From a virus, in IMG/VR virus record IMGVR_UViG_3300020442_002322, positions 24,808 through 88,807 of that record: DNA of 64,000 nucleotides; one strand, 5' to 3'. Made by a program: the position numbers and the translations under genes. The notes beneath the pieces are model-generated. The model made no database searches. It was given only the letters and a program-made list of their open reading frames with translations, and was not told the DNA's origin. Below, piece after piece: positions 28,887 through 39,612 of this stretch (position 1 is its first letter; every line of letters starts with the position of its first letter).

Positions 28887-31475
28887 TTAAACTCCTATCG
28901 TTGGTGATCTAATCCAATCAGGATCAAACGTACCATCTGGCAAATACTTGGCCTGCAAATAACTTTGGTCTTTAGGATATCCTAAATTATAACCGCCTTC
29001 GGTTCCTGCGATAGCCATTCTAAAGTTACCAAGTGTACCCCTACCAAAATCTTTATAACGTTCTTTTAAGTATGCCGCTGTTACTGCAACACTTTTTTCA
29101 ACATCTGTAAGTAGTATTGTTGGATCGTCTACAATTTCTACACCAAATGGATTTGTGGTTGATATAAGACTATCTTTTACAAGCCCTGCAAGTTTACCAT
29201 ATCTTTGGTAATTTGCTTTCCCTGTCAATTGGATTAATCCTCTACCAATATATTTGCCGCCATCTCCGGGTGCTTTGTTACCCATGCCTGGACCTATTTT
29301 ACTTTGATATCCATAAACTAATTCAAAGAACAATGTTTTGTCTTTTTTGATTTCTGTAAGTTCAGCATCACTAACTGTTCTTGCCGCAGAGAAAATACTT
29401 CTAATTCTATCATTAGCAGTTCCGCCATAACCTGATTCAGTTTTTAATTGCAAGCCCGATTCTGTTTCTGCTGTAGCAATCGCGGCATAAACTTGCTGTT
29501 CGTTAAATCCTACTGCAAATAAAGCACTTGCAAATTTTCTTGAAAGTTCTTGCTTACTAATTTTGACTGCTGGCGGATCTTCTGGTATGTCACTTGCTCC
29601 TGTAGGATCAAATCTTGCACTACCTTCTCCAACTTTTCCTGTGTCGTTATAACTGTTAGGTTGGCTTCCTGGTGTTCTAACAACTCCACCTGGACCCCTA
29701 TTGAATGTGTCAGGTGTGCTTGGTGGATATGTTTCTGGTTGTGTATTACCTGCTCTAATATTATCTGAACTATATTTTACTGGATCATAATTTTCGTGTT
29801 CAAACCAAGGTTCTTGTGAAGGAATTCTTGATGTTGTCAATGCTTGTTCTGGTGGTGTAGGATCAACTACAACTGGTGCTGGCGGAATAGTTGCCTCTTG
29901 TGGTGATTGAGGTGTTGATGGTATAATATTTTGTATGTCAATGTTACTGCCGTCTGAATACAAATATAAACTGCCACCAGCATGATTACTTACATTGGCA
30001 TCTGATCTTAATTTTAAATCGCCAACTGCTTTTGCATGTAAAATATTTGCACTTTCTATACGTGTTGCAAGTTCACTTTTTTGATCATAGTTTCCTTCAG
30101 CAAGTATTTTAATATTGCCTAGTGTTTTTAGATCATAATCTCCGTCTGTTGTAACCTTGACATATGCACAGCCTTCTATACCAACTCCTGTTGCACTACC
30201 AAGTGCAAGATTTTCGTTGCTCATAACACTTTGTTGTGCGCCTGCAACAATGCTACCATTGTTTTGTGCATATAATACAAGATTAGCATTACTGTTAATA
30301 CTACTATCTTGACCACTGTTTACACTCCATTGTGTACCACTAATCATATTAGTGCTATCAATAGAACTTGTTTTAATTTTATTTGCTACAATGTTTAAAT
30401 TTGATCCTGCTGTTATATTCACATCATTATCAGCGGTAAAATTTATATCTTCTTGTGTGTGAATACTAATACTGTCTTTGGCATAAATGTCAATTTTTCC
30501 ATTTGATGTCATTTCGATCCAACTTGTACCTCTGCTATTACCGATGTATATTAGATCTTCTGTATTGTGTAAAAGTATTTGATGTCCTGTTCTGGTCTGT
30601 AGGCGCAATAACTCGTTGTGAGGCAGTGTGGGATCACCTCCTGTTTCACCTGCTTCTAAGTTAATATATTCTAAAGGTTTTTCCCAAGGCTTTCCTGTTC
30701 TTAAAAACTTATCGTCACCGTCATCCATAACAAACGATGAACCGCCTAATCTGCTTTTATACCAATTAGTTTTGTTGCCTCTAGGACCAATGTCTGCTTT
30801 TGGTGCGCCATCTCTTTTATCTAATGGTCCGGGTGTACTCCAGCCAAACACACTACTAGGAATTTCTCGTCTAGCACTAGAACTTGTTATTCCCCTTGTT
30901 TCATCTTCAATAAGGCCACGCTTGATATATCCTGCTAACAAATCTAAATGAGCTGGTTTAGGAAATGCTGTTGGTTCATTGTTTACACCTGTTGTAGTTA
31001 ATTTGTTGTATTCAGCCGCAGGTGCTTTTTTATCAAAATCTTTTACTGTTGATGTTGCCGCATACCCAGGAACCATAAAGTTCATATATTCGTCTTGAAT
31101 ACAGCCTATCCAATAGCAGTTACTACTATTGCCTTCAGCAAAAATTACAAGTACTTTTGTTCCTGGATCAGGCGGTACTGCCCAAAATCCTGAACTTTGT
31201 TGTGAATTTCTATAGCCTTCGTTTCTGCTACTTGCATTTACACTAGTTACATTATAAAAAGGACTTAAATATTTTGCTTCAAACAACTGTCCTGTAGTTT
31301 CTGGTTGGTTACCACTATCTGTCTGCTTTAACAATTCAACTTGCAATCTACCCATATACTGTGAGTCTAAAACATTAACTACAATAGCTTCAAAAGGTCC
31401 AGAACTTTCGACCCTCATTTTATCTTCAATAGTTCCGAATCTAGTTCTTATATCACGGTTTGGATTTCTTGCCAT
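28887..31475 (-). CDS. Baseplate central spike (gp5/VgrG-like) with C-terminal GH19 lysozyme
   Basis: OB-fold GRLQV...GFWAVPPDPGTKVLV.F, RTGHQILLH, beta-helix repeats, then ETES...GDGGKYIGRGLIQLTGKANY (GH19). Confidence 0.85.
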   Translation of the reverse strand: MARNPNRDIRTRFGTIEDKMRVESSGPFEAIVVNVLDSQYMGRLQVELLKQTDSGNQPETTGQLFEAKYLSPFYNVTSVNASSRNEGYRNSQQSSGFWAVPPDPGTKVLVIFAEGNSSNCYWIGCIQDEYMNFMVPGYAATSTVKDFDKKAPAAEYNKLTTTGVNNEPTAFPKPAHLDLLAGYIKRGLIEDETRGITSSSARREIPSSVFGWSTPGPLDKRDGAPKADIGPRGNKTNWYKSRLGGSSFVMDDGDDKFLRTGKPWEKPLEYINLEAGETGGDPTLPHNELLRLQTRTGHQILLHNTEDLIYIGNSRGTSWIEMTSNGKIDIYAKDSISIHTQEDINFTADNDVNITAGSNLNIVANKIKTSSIDSTNMISGTQWSVNSGQDSSINSNANLVLYAQNNGSIVAGAQQSVMSNENLALGSATGVGIEGCAYVKVTTDGDYDLKTLGNIKILAEGNYDQKSELATRIESANILHAKAVGDLKLRSDANVSNHAGGSLYLYSDGSNIDIQNIIPSTPQSPQEATIPPAPVVVDPTPPEQALTTSRIPSQEPWFEHENYDPVKYSSDNIRAGNTQPETYPPSTPDTFNRGPGGVVRTPGSQPNSYNDTGKVGEGSARFDPTGASDIPEDPPAVKISKQELSRKFASALFAVGFNEQQVYAAIATAETESGLQLKTESGYGGTANDRIRSIFSAARTVSDAELTEIKKDKTLFFELVYGYQSKIGPGMGNKAPGDGGKYIGRGLIQLTGKANYQRYGKLAGLVKDSLISTTNPFGVEIVDDPTILLTDVEKSVAVTAAYLKERYKDFGRGTLGNFRMAIAGTEGGYNLGYPKDQSYLQAKYLPDGTFDPDWIRSPTIGV

Positions 31476-34400
31476 TATTTTAATCTCTCATTTAATGCCC
31501 TGATTGCCGCCGCTGAATCTGTTGCCGCTTGTTCAATTGCATTAGGAATATCTACTGGTACTCTACTTAACTGATCTTGTATGTTTCCTGTTTGATTTCC
31601 GAGATATCCTAAAATATCTTGCCCGTCTAAACCTAATTGGTTTAGTGTACCTGTAAGTTTACCGTCAATGGTACTAGTTATATCTTGAATAGTTGCAGAT
31701 GCACCTATCATAGATTGGAAGTCCATGCCCACTTTAACAAGATTTCCTGCATCAAGCGCCGCTTGAGCGCCTGTTAATGCGTCACTGATTCTGCCAAATG
31801 CTTCTAATGCTCTGCTGTCTAAATTTTTCTTTTGTGCCTGTATAACACTATTCAAACTATTATATCCTGGTAAAATGTCTTTTACTGCATTAAGATAACT
31901 TTCATAGTTTGCTTCTATGCCTGCTGTAGCGGCCGCTTCAGAAACTTTATTACCAAATTCAGTCACTTTATCGTTGAGTGCCTTGGTAGGATCTGTCACA
32001 GGTACAAGAGCACCAATATTAGCCTTGCCATCATTTTGATATTGATTGTTTAATCTTACCATTGAAAGAGTTTGCGTAAATTGATTACCTGATATTCTAT
32101 GTACTACTTTAGGCACATAGTATATTCCGCTGTATTGATCTACAACAATTAAATCCTCAGGAAAAATATAACTACCATCTAACGGGTTCAAATCAACAGG
32201 AGACCTAAACATTAAATTTATATGTACTTGGCCGTTTGTATGATTCAAGTGTCCGTCTTTATTCATGTTTGTATAACTTGTATCTTTAGCGTGATAATTT
32301 CCAATTCCGCTATCACTAATATAAAACGGATCCCCCATTATTGTCATGTCTACTCTAATCAGACCCGCAGTATCTGAATGCATTAATCTATCATTGAATT
32401 GCCTTGCAACACTTATTGCACTATTATCTAATCCTGCACTTTGTCCTCCAGATGACGTGCCAACTACTTCTTTGCTTTTAGAGCCATCTTCGCTGTCGGC
32501 AGTACTACTACTTCCACTACCGCCAGATGATGTCGTAAGTTGCACATCTGGAGCACCAGCTGTCATTTGATTACTTGCTCCTTGAGCAGTGTTAGCATTG
32601 TTAGATCCTCTATCAGCTACAACAGGATGAACAAAAGCGTAATCGTATCTAATTTCAAAATCTAAAATGTCTTTGTTTTTGCCTGTGTAGATATAATTGT
32701 ATTGTTTTGCTACATCACGTTTTAGTTCACTTACTCCTACACTAGGATCTTTAGGATTTGCAAATACACTATGATGAACTTTGTATGGAACTACTCTGTA
32801 AACATAAAGTTGAGGATAATTTCCACTACGTTTTAATTCTTCATCATCTGGTATAATATAAAGATCAGGCTCTATTCTAAACCAATCAATCATGCCTTGT
32901 GGATCTTTTAGATCTTGTAATTGGTTTAATAAGTTTCTTCCATATTCACTTGTAATAACAACTTCTTCTACTATTTCACTTATTTTTGTGCCACCTTTAA
33001 ATTTAAAAACTCTAACATCATCGCTAACTTGTAATGCACTGTCTGTTCTATTAAATATTTCATATTTGTCTTTAAATTCTTGTTTAGCGTTTGTTTCAGC
33101 ATTTTCTTGTTCAGAAACAAAACTATCTAGGCTTTGTCCTTTTCTAAATGCAGGCGGATTCATAGGCTGAATACCTGCCTCTACCGGATCTCCAATAATT
33201 TTTCCGGTACCTATTTTGTTTGCACTGTAGTCACTACCTGCATATTTTTTAAACATAAATTCTATTTTTTTTGCATTGTCTGCATTATTAGCTAGGTTTG
33301 CATAATATTCACCAAATGTGCTAGGTACTTCTGCATCTTGGCTTCCTACTATACTTTGATAAAGTGCTTCCATTCCTGTTCCTGAATATATAGGTCCTGA
33401 CGGATCATAGTCTGGACCGTCATATCCTACAGTAGCAGATCCTACATCCTCTCCCGATCCACCAAATGCATCTAGTCCACTATCTTGACTGCTTGTATCT
33501 GAAGGGAAAACAATTACATATTGATCAGGTGTAACAATTTGATCTTTGCCTGCAAGTTCTTGTAAACGTTTATTCATTAATTCAGTTAGACTTTCGCCTC
33601 CTGTCTGCAAAATTTCTCTAACTGTCCTACCTTTAAGTGCAAGATCCGTTTTAATTTGTGTAACGCTGTCAGTCAGTGCAGAATCGTTGTATGCAATAGC
33701 AGTCATTGTATAAGTTGTACCGCCTTCGTTAGTTGCCATTTGTCCTGTAGTTAATTTGACTGGAAGCATTCTACGTGCATATGGTACTTCTTGTTCTTCA
33801 CCGTCTACATTATATCCTTTGAAATCTAGCTGAAAACAAAATGGTGCAAGAGTGTAATCTGCATAGCCGTTTTCCAATGCCGCTACTTTTAGTGCTTGAA
33901 AAAATAATCCCATGCTATATGGTTCTGAAACTGTAAAATCAAATTTTGCGGCATTAGATGTTCTACCTCTTGCGTTTGGAGCCATTGTGCTACTAAATTC
34001 AAAATCTTCTATAAAGAATTCAACATTTGCACCTAATGCTTGTTCGATTCTTGTTTTTGTTTTTCTGTTTGCTCCGCCACCACTACGCAAAACAACAGTT
34101 TTCAGTCCTGTTTTTCTAAATGTGTTGTTAGGATCATTTATTTCTTTAGGTGAAAGACATGCTAGTGTAATAATACAGTTAAAACTTGCAAACGGTTCTA
34201 ATTCATTTGGCCAAGGCGGTGCAGAAACTCCAGGCACTAGTGTACCTGCTTTTGTTGTAAAACTAATTGGACTAGGCTTAGCCGGTAAGTTACTTTTTAA
34301 CATTTCAGGAGACATGCTTGCAAAATTTTCACCTGGTAAATTTAATCCTGGAATGTTAGGTATGTTAATATTTGCTTCTGCCTTGAAGTCATTCATTGTT

Positions 34401-34501
34401 TTTTCAAGACCTGCACGTATGTTTGCTCCAATATCAGGAAGCTGATTTGTTAAACTTTCAAACTTTTTTGTAACATTACCTAATAAGGCAGTAAAGCTCA
34501 T
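31475..34501 (-). CDS. Putative baseplate hub/tail protein
   Basis: Located between gp53-like and gp5-like genes; MTIMGDPFYI...YSGIYYV..V.H.ISGNQFTQTLSMVR resembles hub (gp27/gpD-like) C-termini. Confidence 0.5.
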   Translation of the reverse strand: MSFTALLGNVTKKFESLTNQLPDIGANIRAGLEKTMNDFKAEANINIPNIPGLNLPGENFASMSPEMLKSNLPAKPSPISFTTKAGTLVPGVSAPPWPNELEPFASFNCIITLACLSPKEINDPNNTFRKTGLKTVVLRSGGGANRKTKTRIEQALGANVEFFIEDFEFSSTMAPNARGRTSNAAKFDFTVSEPYSMGLFFQALKVAALENGYADYTLAPFCFQLDFKGYNVDGEEQEVPYARRMLPVKLTTGQMATNEGGTTYTMTAIAYNDSALTDSVTQIKTDLALKGRTVREILQTGGESLTELMNKRLQELAGKDQIVTPDQYVIVFPSDTSSQDSGLDAFGGSGEDVGSATVGYDGPDYDPSGPIYSGTGMEALYQSIVGSQDAEVPSTFGEYYANLANNADNAKKIEFMFKKYAGSDYSANKIGTGKIIGDPVEAGIQPMNPPAFRKGQSLDSFVSEQENAETNAKQEFKDKYEIFNRTDSALQVSDDVRVFKFKGGTKISEIVEEVVITSEYGRNLLNQLQDLKDPQGMIDWFRIEPDLYIIPDDEELKRSGNYPQLYVYRVVPYKVHHSVFANPKDPSVGVSELKRDVAKQYNYIYTGKNKDILDFEIRYDYAFVHPVVADRGSNNANTAQGASNQMTAGAPDVQLTTSSGGSGSSSTADSEDGSKSKEVVGTSSGGQSAGLDNSAISVARQFNDRLMHSDTAGLIRVDMTIMGDPFYISDSGIGNYHAKDTSYTNMNKDGHLNHTNGQVHINLMFRSPVDLNPLDGSYIFPEDLIVVDQYSGIYYVPKVVHRISGNQFTQTLSMVRLNNQYQNDGKANIGALVPVTDPTKALNDKVTEFGNKVSEAAATAGIEANYESYLNAVKDILPGYNSLNSVIQAQKKNLDSRALEAFGRISDALTGAQAALDAGNLVKVGMDFQSMIGASATIQDITSTIDGKLTGTLNQLGLDGQDILGYLGNQTGNIQDQLSRVPVDIPNAIEQAATDSAAAIRALNERLK

Positions 34502-34504
34502 TTG

Positions 34505-34810
34505 TTATACTCCTAATATTTCTTTAAGAGCAGGTCCTTTAGGAAGAAAAATTTTTGTTCCTGCTTCTATATCAAAAACAGGATCTTTAATAGTGTCCAT
34601 ATTTCTTTGTGCAAAAACCCACCATAGTTTTGAATTGCCGTATAAGTCATATGCTAATAAATCTGGACGATGTGTATACTGAGGTTCAATTTCATAAAGG
34701 ACATCGTCTGCTTCGGCAGGCACTGGTCTAATTGAAAGTATTGACAAATACTGTCCGTTTTGATAACCAGTATTTTTCCAAGGACTTGTATTACCGTATG
34801 TAGCTGGCAT
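34505..34810 (-). CDS. LysM-like baseplate wedge protein (gp53-like)
   Basis: RPDLLAYDLYGNSKLWWVFAQRN...GTKIFLP. Confidence 0.85.
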   Translation of the reverse strand: MPATYGNTSPWKNTGYQNGQYLSILSIRPVPAEADDVLYEIEPQYTHRPDLLAYDLYGNSKLWWVFAQRNMDTIKDPVFDIEAGTKIFLPKGPALKEILGV

Positions 34811-35637
34811 TATAAAAATCCTCTCTTACTAATCAGTTTACCATTTACAAAATCATTCATATTAAACTGTTCAACATGTGTTCTGCTGTATACAGGTTGT
34901 ACAGTTACAGCAATTAAACTTTGCGCTGGTACCCATGTTCCAGCTTTTGCTTCATTACTAGGTTCAGCACCTTGTATATTGGTTTTAAAATAATCAACGT
35001 CTTGAGGCATATCAATATTGAAACTTGTTATAACACAAGGTACATTTTTAAATACGTATTCTCCGTAACCATTTAGTTTTACTATTACTGGCGGATTTCC
35101 TGAATTTACTCCGTTGTCTCCATAAAACATTTTTGTTGCTGTACGTAAAAATGTTACAGCGGCGACCCAATATTCTGCATCTTCATTAGTTTCTGTAAAA
35201 AAGTCTCCTGAAATGGTAATAGCGTCCACAGTGCTGTTTCCATAATTGTAAAAAGGATAATTACTATGTACTGGTTGCATTGCTGAATAGCTTGCGCTGT
35301 GTGAAAAGATCACACTTGGTGTAAATGGGAATATCATACGATCACCTGTAACACCCAAAGGTTTTAACAAAGGCGATTCTAATTCTTTAATAATAGGGGG
35401 AACACTTAAAGAAACACGCCAATCATTGTTGTTTTTACCATCTGCAATGATTGCCTCAGTATTAGTTTTGAACTGAGGAACACCATCAGAAGGCAAATTT
35501 TTGCTTCTGACGCCTTTCATGAATCCTTTGGAAGTACCATTACTAAACGGCACTAGAGACTTGGTTTTCTCTCTAATTTCGTTTTGTATGGTTCCACGTA
35601 TATCACGTGCTACGTTACCGATCAAGTCTTTAAACAT
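34810..35637 (-). CDS. Tail tube initiator / baseplate cap protein (gp48/gp54-like)
   Basis: IFPFTPSV...PPVIVKLNGYG...PCVITSFNID tube-fold pattern upstream of the LysM gene. Confidence 0.6.
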   Translation of the reverse strand: MFKDLIGNVARDIRGTIQNEIREKTKSLVPFSNGTSKGFMKGVRSKNLPSDGVPQFKTNTEAIIADGKNNNDWRVSLSVPPIIKELESPLLKPLGVTGDRMIFPFTPSVIFSHSASYSAMQPVHSNYPFYNYGNSTVDAITISGDFFTETNEDAEYWVAAVTFLRTATKMFYGDNGVNSGNPPVIVKLNGYGEYVFKNVPCVITSFNIDMPQDVDYFKTNIQGAEPSNEAKAGTWVPAQSLIAVTVQPVYSRTHVEQFNMNDFVNGKLISKRGFL

Positions 35638-35656
35638 AAGATATCTCCTACTACAT

Positions 35657-35692
35657 TATTTAGTTGACTTTATTAACTGCGTAGTTTATAAT
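35657..35692. promoter_or_regulatory. Back-to-back promoters: late ACTAAATA (minus, 35657-35664) and sigma70 TTGACT-17-TATAAT (plus, 35664-35692)
   Basis: Direct motif matches in the 79-nt divergent intergenic region. Confidence 0.7.
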
Positions 35693-35716
35693 GTACTTAT
35701 AAAAATTGGAGAAATG

Positions 35717-36547
35717 ATGAGAAAAACAAATTACCTTAACAACAAAGACATACTTAAAGAGATACACAAGTCCAAAAGTAAGTTCTGTAGTTTTACAGAT
35801 ACGGACTATAATCAATATGATATAATCTTACCAAGCATTGAAAAAATTAACATTAGAACTATAGCAGAAGCAAAACGTAACAAGGCAAAAAGACTAGGAC
35901 AACAAGATTTTGAAGCACGTAAAGCAAACGGCGAAAAAATAAAACAAGCAGAATGCGAAGTAGACTACAGAAAAATTACAAAAGAAGAATTAATTTTTAG
36001 AGTAATGACATTTGATCATATTCCAGATGATCCTACACGCAAGAAAAATCCTAAAACTGTAGCAGACACAAAAGTAAAACTTAACTTTCCTCCATTTGTA
36101 CATTATAAATTTAACGATGCAGGTGAACTTATTGTTGTTGGTAAAAGTCATTGGATTGGTGGTATGGAAAACGGTTACTTCTCAAAAGATCACGGGCAAG
36201 CAACAAATAAACTTGCAATGATGTGGATGAAATTGTGTGATCGCTATGCAACACGAGGCAATGTGCGTGGGTACACATACAATGACGAAATGCGTGGACA
36301 AGCAATACTGCAACTTGCACAAATTGGTCTACAATTTGACGAATCTAAGTCAAATAATCCGTTTGCATACTATACTGCGGCTGTAACCAACAGTTTCGTA
36401 CGTGTAATCAACATTGAAAAGAAAAATCAGAACATTAGAGACGATATTCTAGAAATGAATAATATGAATCCTAGCTATACTAGACAACATCAAGGCGAAT
36501 GGGAAGCTTCTAAGAAAAGACAAGAAGAATTAGGACAAAACACTTGA
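35717..36547 (+). CDS. Late-transcription sigma factor (T4 gp55-like)
   Basis: Start reassigned (GGAG RBS at 35708); NYLNNKD, RGYTYNDEM...FDESKSNNPFAYYT...FVRVINIEKK motifs; adjacent to gp47/gp46 as in T4. Confidence 0.8.
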   Translation: MRKTNYLNNKDILKEIHKSKSKFCSFTDTDYNQYDIILPSIEKINIRTIAEAKRNKAKRLGQQDFEARKANGEKIKQAECEVDYRKITKEELIFRVMTFDHIPDDPTRKKNPKTVADTKVKLNFPPFVHYKFNDAGELIVVGKSHWIGGMENGYFSKDHGQATNKLAMMWMKLCDRYATRGNVRGYTYNDEMRGQAILQLAQIGLQFDESKSNNPFAYYTAAVTNSFVRVINIEKKNQNIRDDILEMNNMNPSYTRQHQGEWEASKKRQEELGQNT

Positions 36548-36572
36548 CATTGTTGAACTTTTAGTATAATAT
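36544..36572 (+). promoter_or_regulatory. Sigma70-type promoter
   Basis: TTGACA at 36544 with TATAAT at 15 nt or TAATAT at 17 nt spacing. Confidence 0.5.
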
Positions 36573-36599
36573 AGTAAAAAATTATGAGAGGATTCAACT

Positions 36600-37610
36600 T
36601 TGTTTAAGAAAGCGGCTGTCTTTACGGATATTCATTTCGGCCTTAAAGGCAACTCTAAAGTTCACAACGACGACTGTGAGCATTTTATTGATTGGTACAT
36701 TGAGCAAGCCCAAGCAAACGGGTGTGAGACTGGCATCTTTTGTGGTGATTGGCATCACAATCGTAACAGTTTAAATCTTACAACAATGGATGCTACTATT
36801 CGTAGTTTAGAAAAACTAGGAAAAGCATTTGATAAATTTTATTTCTTTGATGGTAATCATGATTTGTACTATAAAGATAGGCGTGATGTAAATTCTACGA
36901 GATTTGCTCCGTTTATTCCTGGTATTACATTTGTAGATGAAATTACTACTATTGAAGACGTTACACTTGTACCTTGGCTAGTAGGCGACGAGTGGAAAAA
37001 AATTGAAAAAATTAAATCCAAATATATGTTTGGACATTTTGAATTGCCAAACTTTTACATGAATGCTATGGTACAGATGCCTGATCATGGAGAACTAAAA
37101 GGCGATCATTTTAAAAATCAAGAATACGTGTTCTCAGGACACTTTCATAAAAGACAAGTTCAGGGTAACATTCATTATATCGGTAACGCATTTCCTCACA
37201 ACTATGCAGATGCATGGGACGACAAACGAGGTATGATGATACTTGACAGAGAAAACGATAAAGAACCAGAATTTTTAGACTGGCCGGATTGTCCTAAATA
37301 CAGAACTACGACATTAAGCAAACTGCTTGATCCTAACAGTGAAGTTGTTAAACCTAATATGTATCTACGTGTTACACTAGATCTGCCAATTAGTTATGAA
37401 GAAGCGCAGTTTATTAAAGAAACATATATTAACAACCACCAATGTAGAGAGATTACACTTATTCCTCAGAAACAAGTTGAGGAAATTAGTACAGAACTTG
37501 ATATAAGCAAATTTGAATCAGTTGATGAGATAGTATCAAAAGAGATTGCCGCTATTGACAGTGACAATTTTAATAAGAAAACACTGCTAGACATATACAG
37601 CGAGCTATAA
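36600..37610 (+). CDS. Recombination endonuclease subunit (gp47 / Mre11-SbcD-like)
   Basis: TDIHFG, GDWHH, GNHD and SGHFH metallophosphoesterase motifs. Confidence 0.92.
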   Translation: MFKKAAVFTDIHFGLKGNSKVHNDDCEHFIDWYIEQAQANGCETGIFCGDWHHNRNSLNLTTMDATIRSLEKLGKAFDKFYFFDGNHDLYYKDRRDVNSTRFAPFIPGITFVDEITTIEDVTLVPWLVGDEWKKIEKIKSKYMFGHFELPNFYMNAMVQMPDHGELKGDHFKNQEYVFSGHFHKRQVQGNIHYIGNAFPHNYADAWDDKRGMMILDRENDKEPEFLDWPDCPKYRTTTLSKLLDPNSEVVKPNMYLRVTLDLPISYEEAQFIKETYINNHQCREITLIPQKQVEEISTELDISKFESVDEIVSKEIAAIDSDNFNKKTLLDIYSEL

Positions 37611-39382
37611 TGATAAAAGTAAAAGATTTAACAGTAAAAAACTTTATGAGTGTGGGTAACCAAACCCAAGCGGTTGACTTCAATAAGGAGCAACTCACAC
37701 TCGTGCTTGGTGAAAACTTAGATCAGGGAGGTGACGACCAAGGCTCAAGAAACGGTACAGGTAAGACAACCATTATCAATGCGTTATCATATGCCCTGTA
37801 CGGCCAAGCACTGACCAACATCAAACGGAACAATCTTATCAACAAGACAAATTCCAAAGGTATGTTGGTCACCTTACACTTTGAGAAGGACGGTGTTGAC
37901 TATAGGATTGAGCGAGGACGCTCTCCTAACGTGTTAAAGTTCTATATCAATGACCAAGAGCAGGAAATGCTCGATGAATCGCAAGGTGATAGTCGCAAAA
38001 CGCAAGAGCAAATCAATACGTTGTTGGGTATGAGCCACGATATGTTCAAACATATTGTTGCACTAAACACATACACTGAACCGTTTCTTAGTTTGAAACA
38101 GAACGATCAACGTGCAATTATTGAACAGCTCTTGGGTATTACAATACTTTCAGAGAAAGCAGAAAATTTAAAAGAACATGTACGTCAAACAAAAGAAAAG
38201 ATTACATCAGAAACACTAAAGATTGAAGCAATACAAACTGCAAACAGTAAAATTGAAACTACTATAGATAGTTTAAAAAACAATCAACGTGCTTGGAATA
38301 GCAAACAGTCACAGGACATAGAAAGATTAACAAAAAGTATTGAAGAGTTAGAAAAACTTGATATCGATCAAGAGCTTGAAGCACATGAAAAATTACAAAA
38401 CTGGAGTGAACAGAGTAATGCAATAACGGCTCTTAATAAAGAAAAAAGCACACTAGAGAGTGCATTACTACGTGCTACTAAGTCTGTAGAAAAAGCAGAA
38501 AAAGACATCGCAAATCTTGAAGATGCTGTGTGTTATACTTGTGGACAAGCATTGCATGACGACAAAAAAGCAGAAATTGAATCAAGAAAAACAAAAGAGT
38601 TGAACGATGCAATGGCATATCAAACTGAGGTTGCTGATAAACTTGAAGATATCTTAAAAGGACTAGATGAAATTGGTGATATCAACGGACGTCCTACTAC
38701 ATTTTATGAAACAATGCGTGAAGCATACGATCATAGAACTAATGTAGACGGATTGCGTAACACTCTTACTTCAAGACAACAAGAAACTGATCCTTACCAA
38801 GCACAAATTGACGAACTTTCAACTACAGCAATGCAAGAAATTGATTGGACGCCTGTAAACGAACTTACAAGTTTACAAGAACATCAAAATTTCTTGTACA
38901 AATTGCTAACAAACAAAGATAGTTTTATACGTAAGAAAATTATTGATCAAAATTTAGCATATTTGAATAATAGACTTACATATTATCTTGACAAACTAGG
39001 ATTACCACATCAAGTAGAGTTTCAAAATGATCTTACTGTAATGATTACACAACTTGGACAGGATTTAGACTTTGATAACTTGAGTAGAGGTGAAAGAAAT
39101 AGACTTATTCTTGGTATGAGCTTTGCATTCCGTGATGTTTGGGAAAGTTTATATCAAAATGTTAACCTATTGTTTATTGATGAGCTTATTGACAGCGGTA
39201 TGGACACTGCTGGTGTTGAAGGATCGCTTGCTGTAATCAAAAAAATGGGTAGAGAGCGACACAAAAACGTATTTTTGATTTCGCACAAAGACGAATTAGT
39301 TGGTCGTGTAAACCATGTTATGAAAGTTATCAAAGAAAACGGGTTTACAAGTTACGAAAATGATATAGAAATTATAGAATGA
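37610..39382 (+). CDS. Recombination ATPase subunit (gp46 / Rad50-SbcC-like)
   Basis: KNFMSVG, Walker A NGTGKTT, coiled coil with CYTC zinc hook, LSRGE signature, LFIDE Walker B, ISHK. Confidence 0.93.
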   Translation: MIKVKDLTVKNFMSVGNQTQAVDFNKEQLTLVLGENLDQGGDDQGSRNGTGKTTIINALSYALYGQALTNIKRNNLINKTNSKGMLVTLHFEKDGVDYRIERGRSPNVLKFYINDQEQEMLDESQGDSRKTQEQINTLLGMSHDMFKHIVALNTYTEPFLSLKQNDQRAIIEQLLGITILSEKAENLKEHVRQTKEKITSETLKIEAIQTANSKIETTIDSLKNNQRAWNSKQSQDIERLTKSIEELEKLDIDQELEAHEKLQNWSEQSNAITALNKEKSTLESALLRATKSVEKAEKDIANLEDAVCYTCGQALHDDKKAEIESRKTKELNDAMAYQTEVADKLEDILKGLDEIGDINGRPTTFYETMREAYDHRTNVDGLRNTLTSRQQETDPYQAQIDELSTTAMQEIDWTPVNELTSLQEHQNFLYKLLTNKDSFIRKKIIDQNLAYLNNRLTYYLDKLGLPHQVEFQNDLTVMITQLGQDLDFDNLSRGERNRLILGMSFAFRDVWESLYQNVNLLFIDELIDSGMDTAGVEGSLAVIKKMGRERHKNVFLISHKDELVGRVNHVMKVIKENGFTSYENDIEIIE

Positions 39383-39594
39383 TTGAAGACGATACACACG
39401 ACAAATTAACAAAGGCATATTTAGAATATTACAAGGCAAATGAGAAATTTGAGGCGGCAAATTCCGTGCGAACACACAAAACAGTCAGAAGATGGCTGAG
39501 AGAGATACGTACTCTTGCTAAAAAACGCATGGACGAAATACACGAACACCATAATACAACAAGGCAAACCAAAAAAGACCAGGAACAATCATAG
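39379..39594 (+). CDS. Hypothetical protein (71 aa, helical)
   Basis: ATGA overlap with the gp46 stop. Confidence 0.7.
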   Translation: MIEDDTHDKLTKAYLEYYKANEKFEAANSVRTHKTVRRWLREIRTLAKKRMDEIHEHHNTTRQTKKDQEQS

Positions 39595-39612
39595 GCAACG
39601 GTATATAAGTTC

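Noticed and set aside
35501-35716. N-terminal extension of the sigma factor ORF (and similar extensions at 6284, 28199, 48578, 54087 and 54590)
   Set aside because: They overlap other genes or promoters; downstream ATGs have better RBS or promoter context
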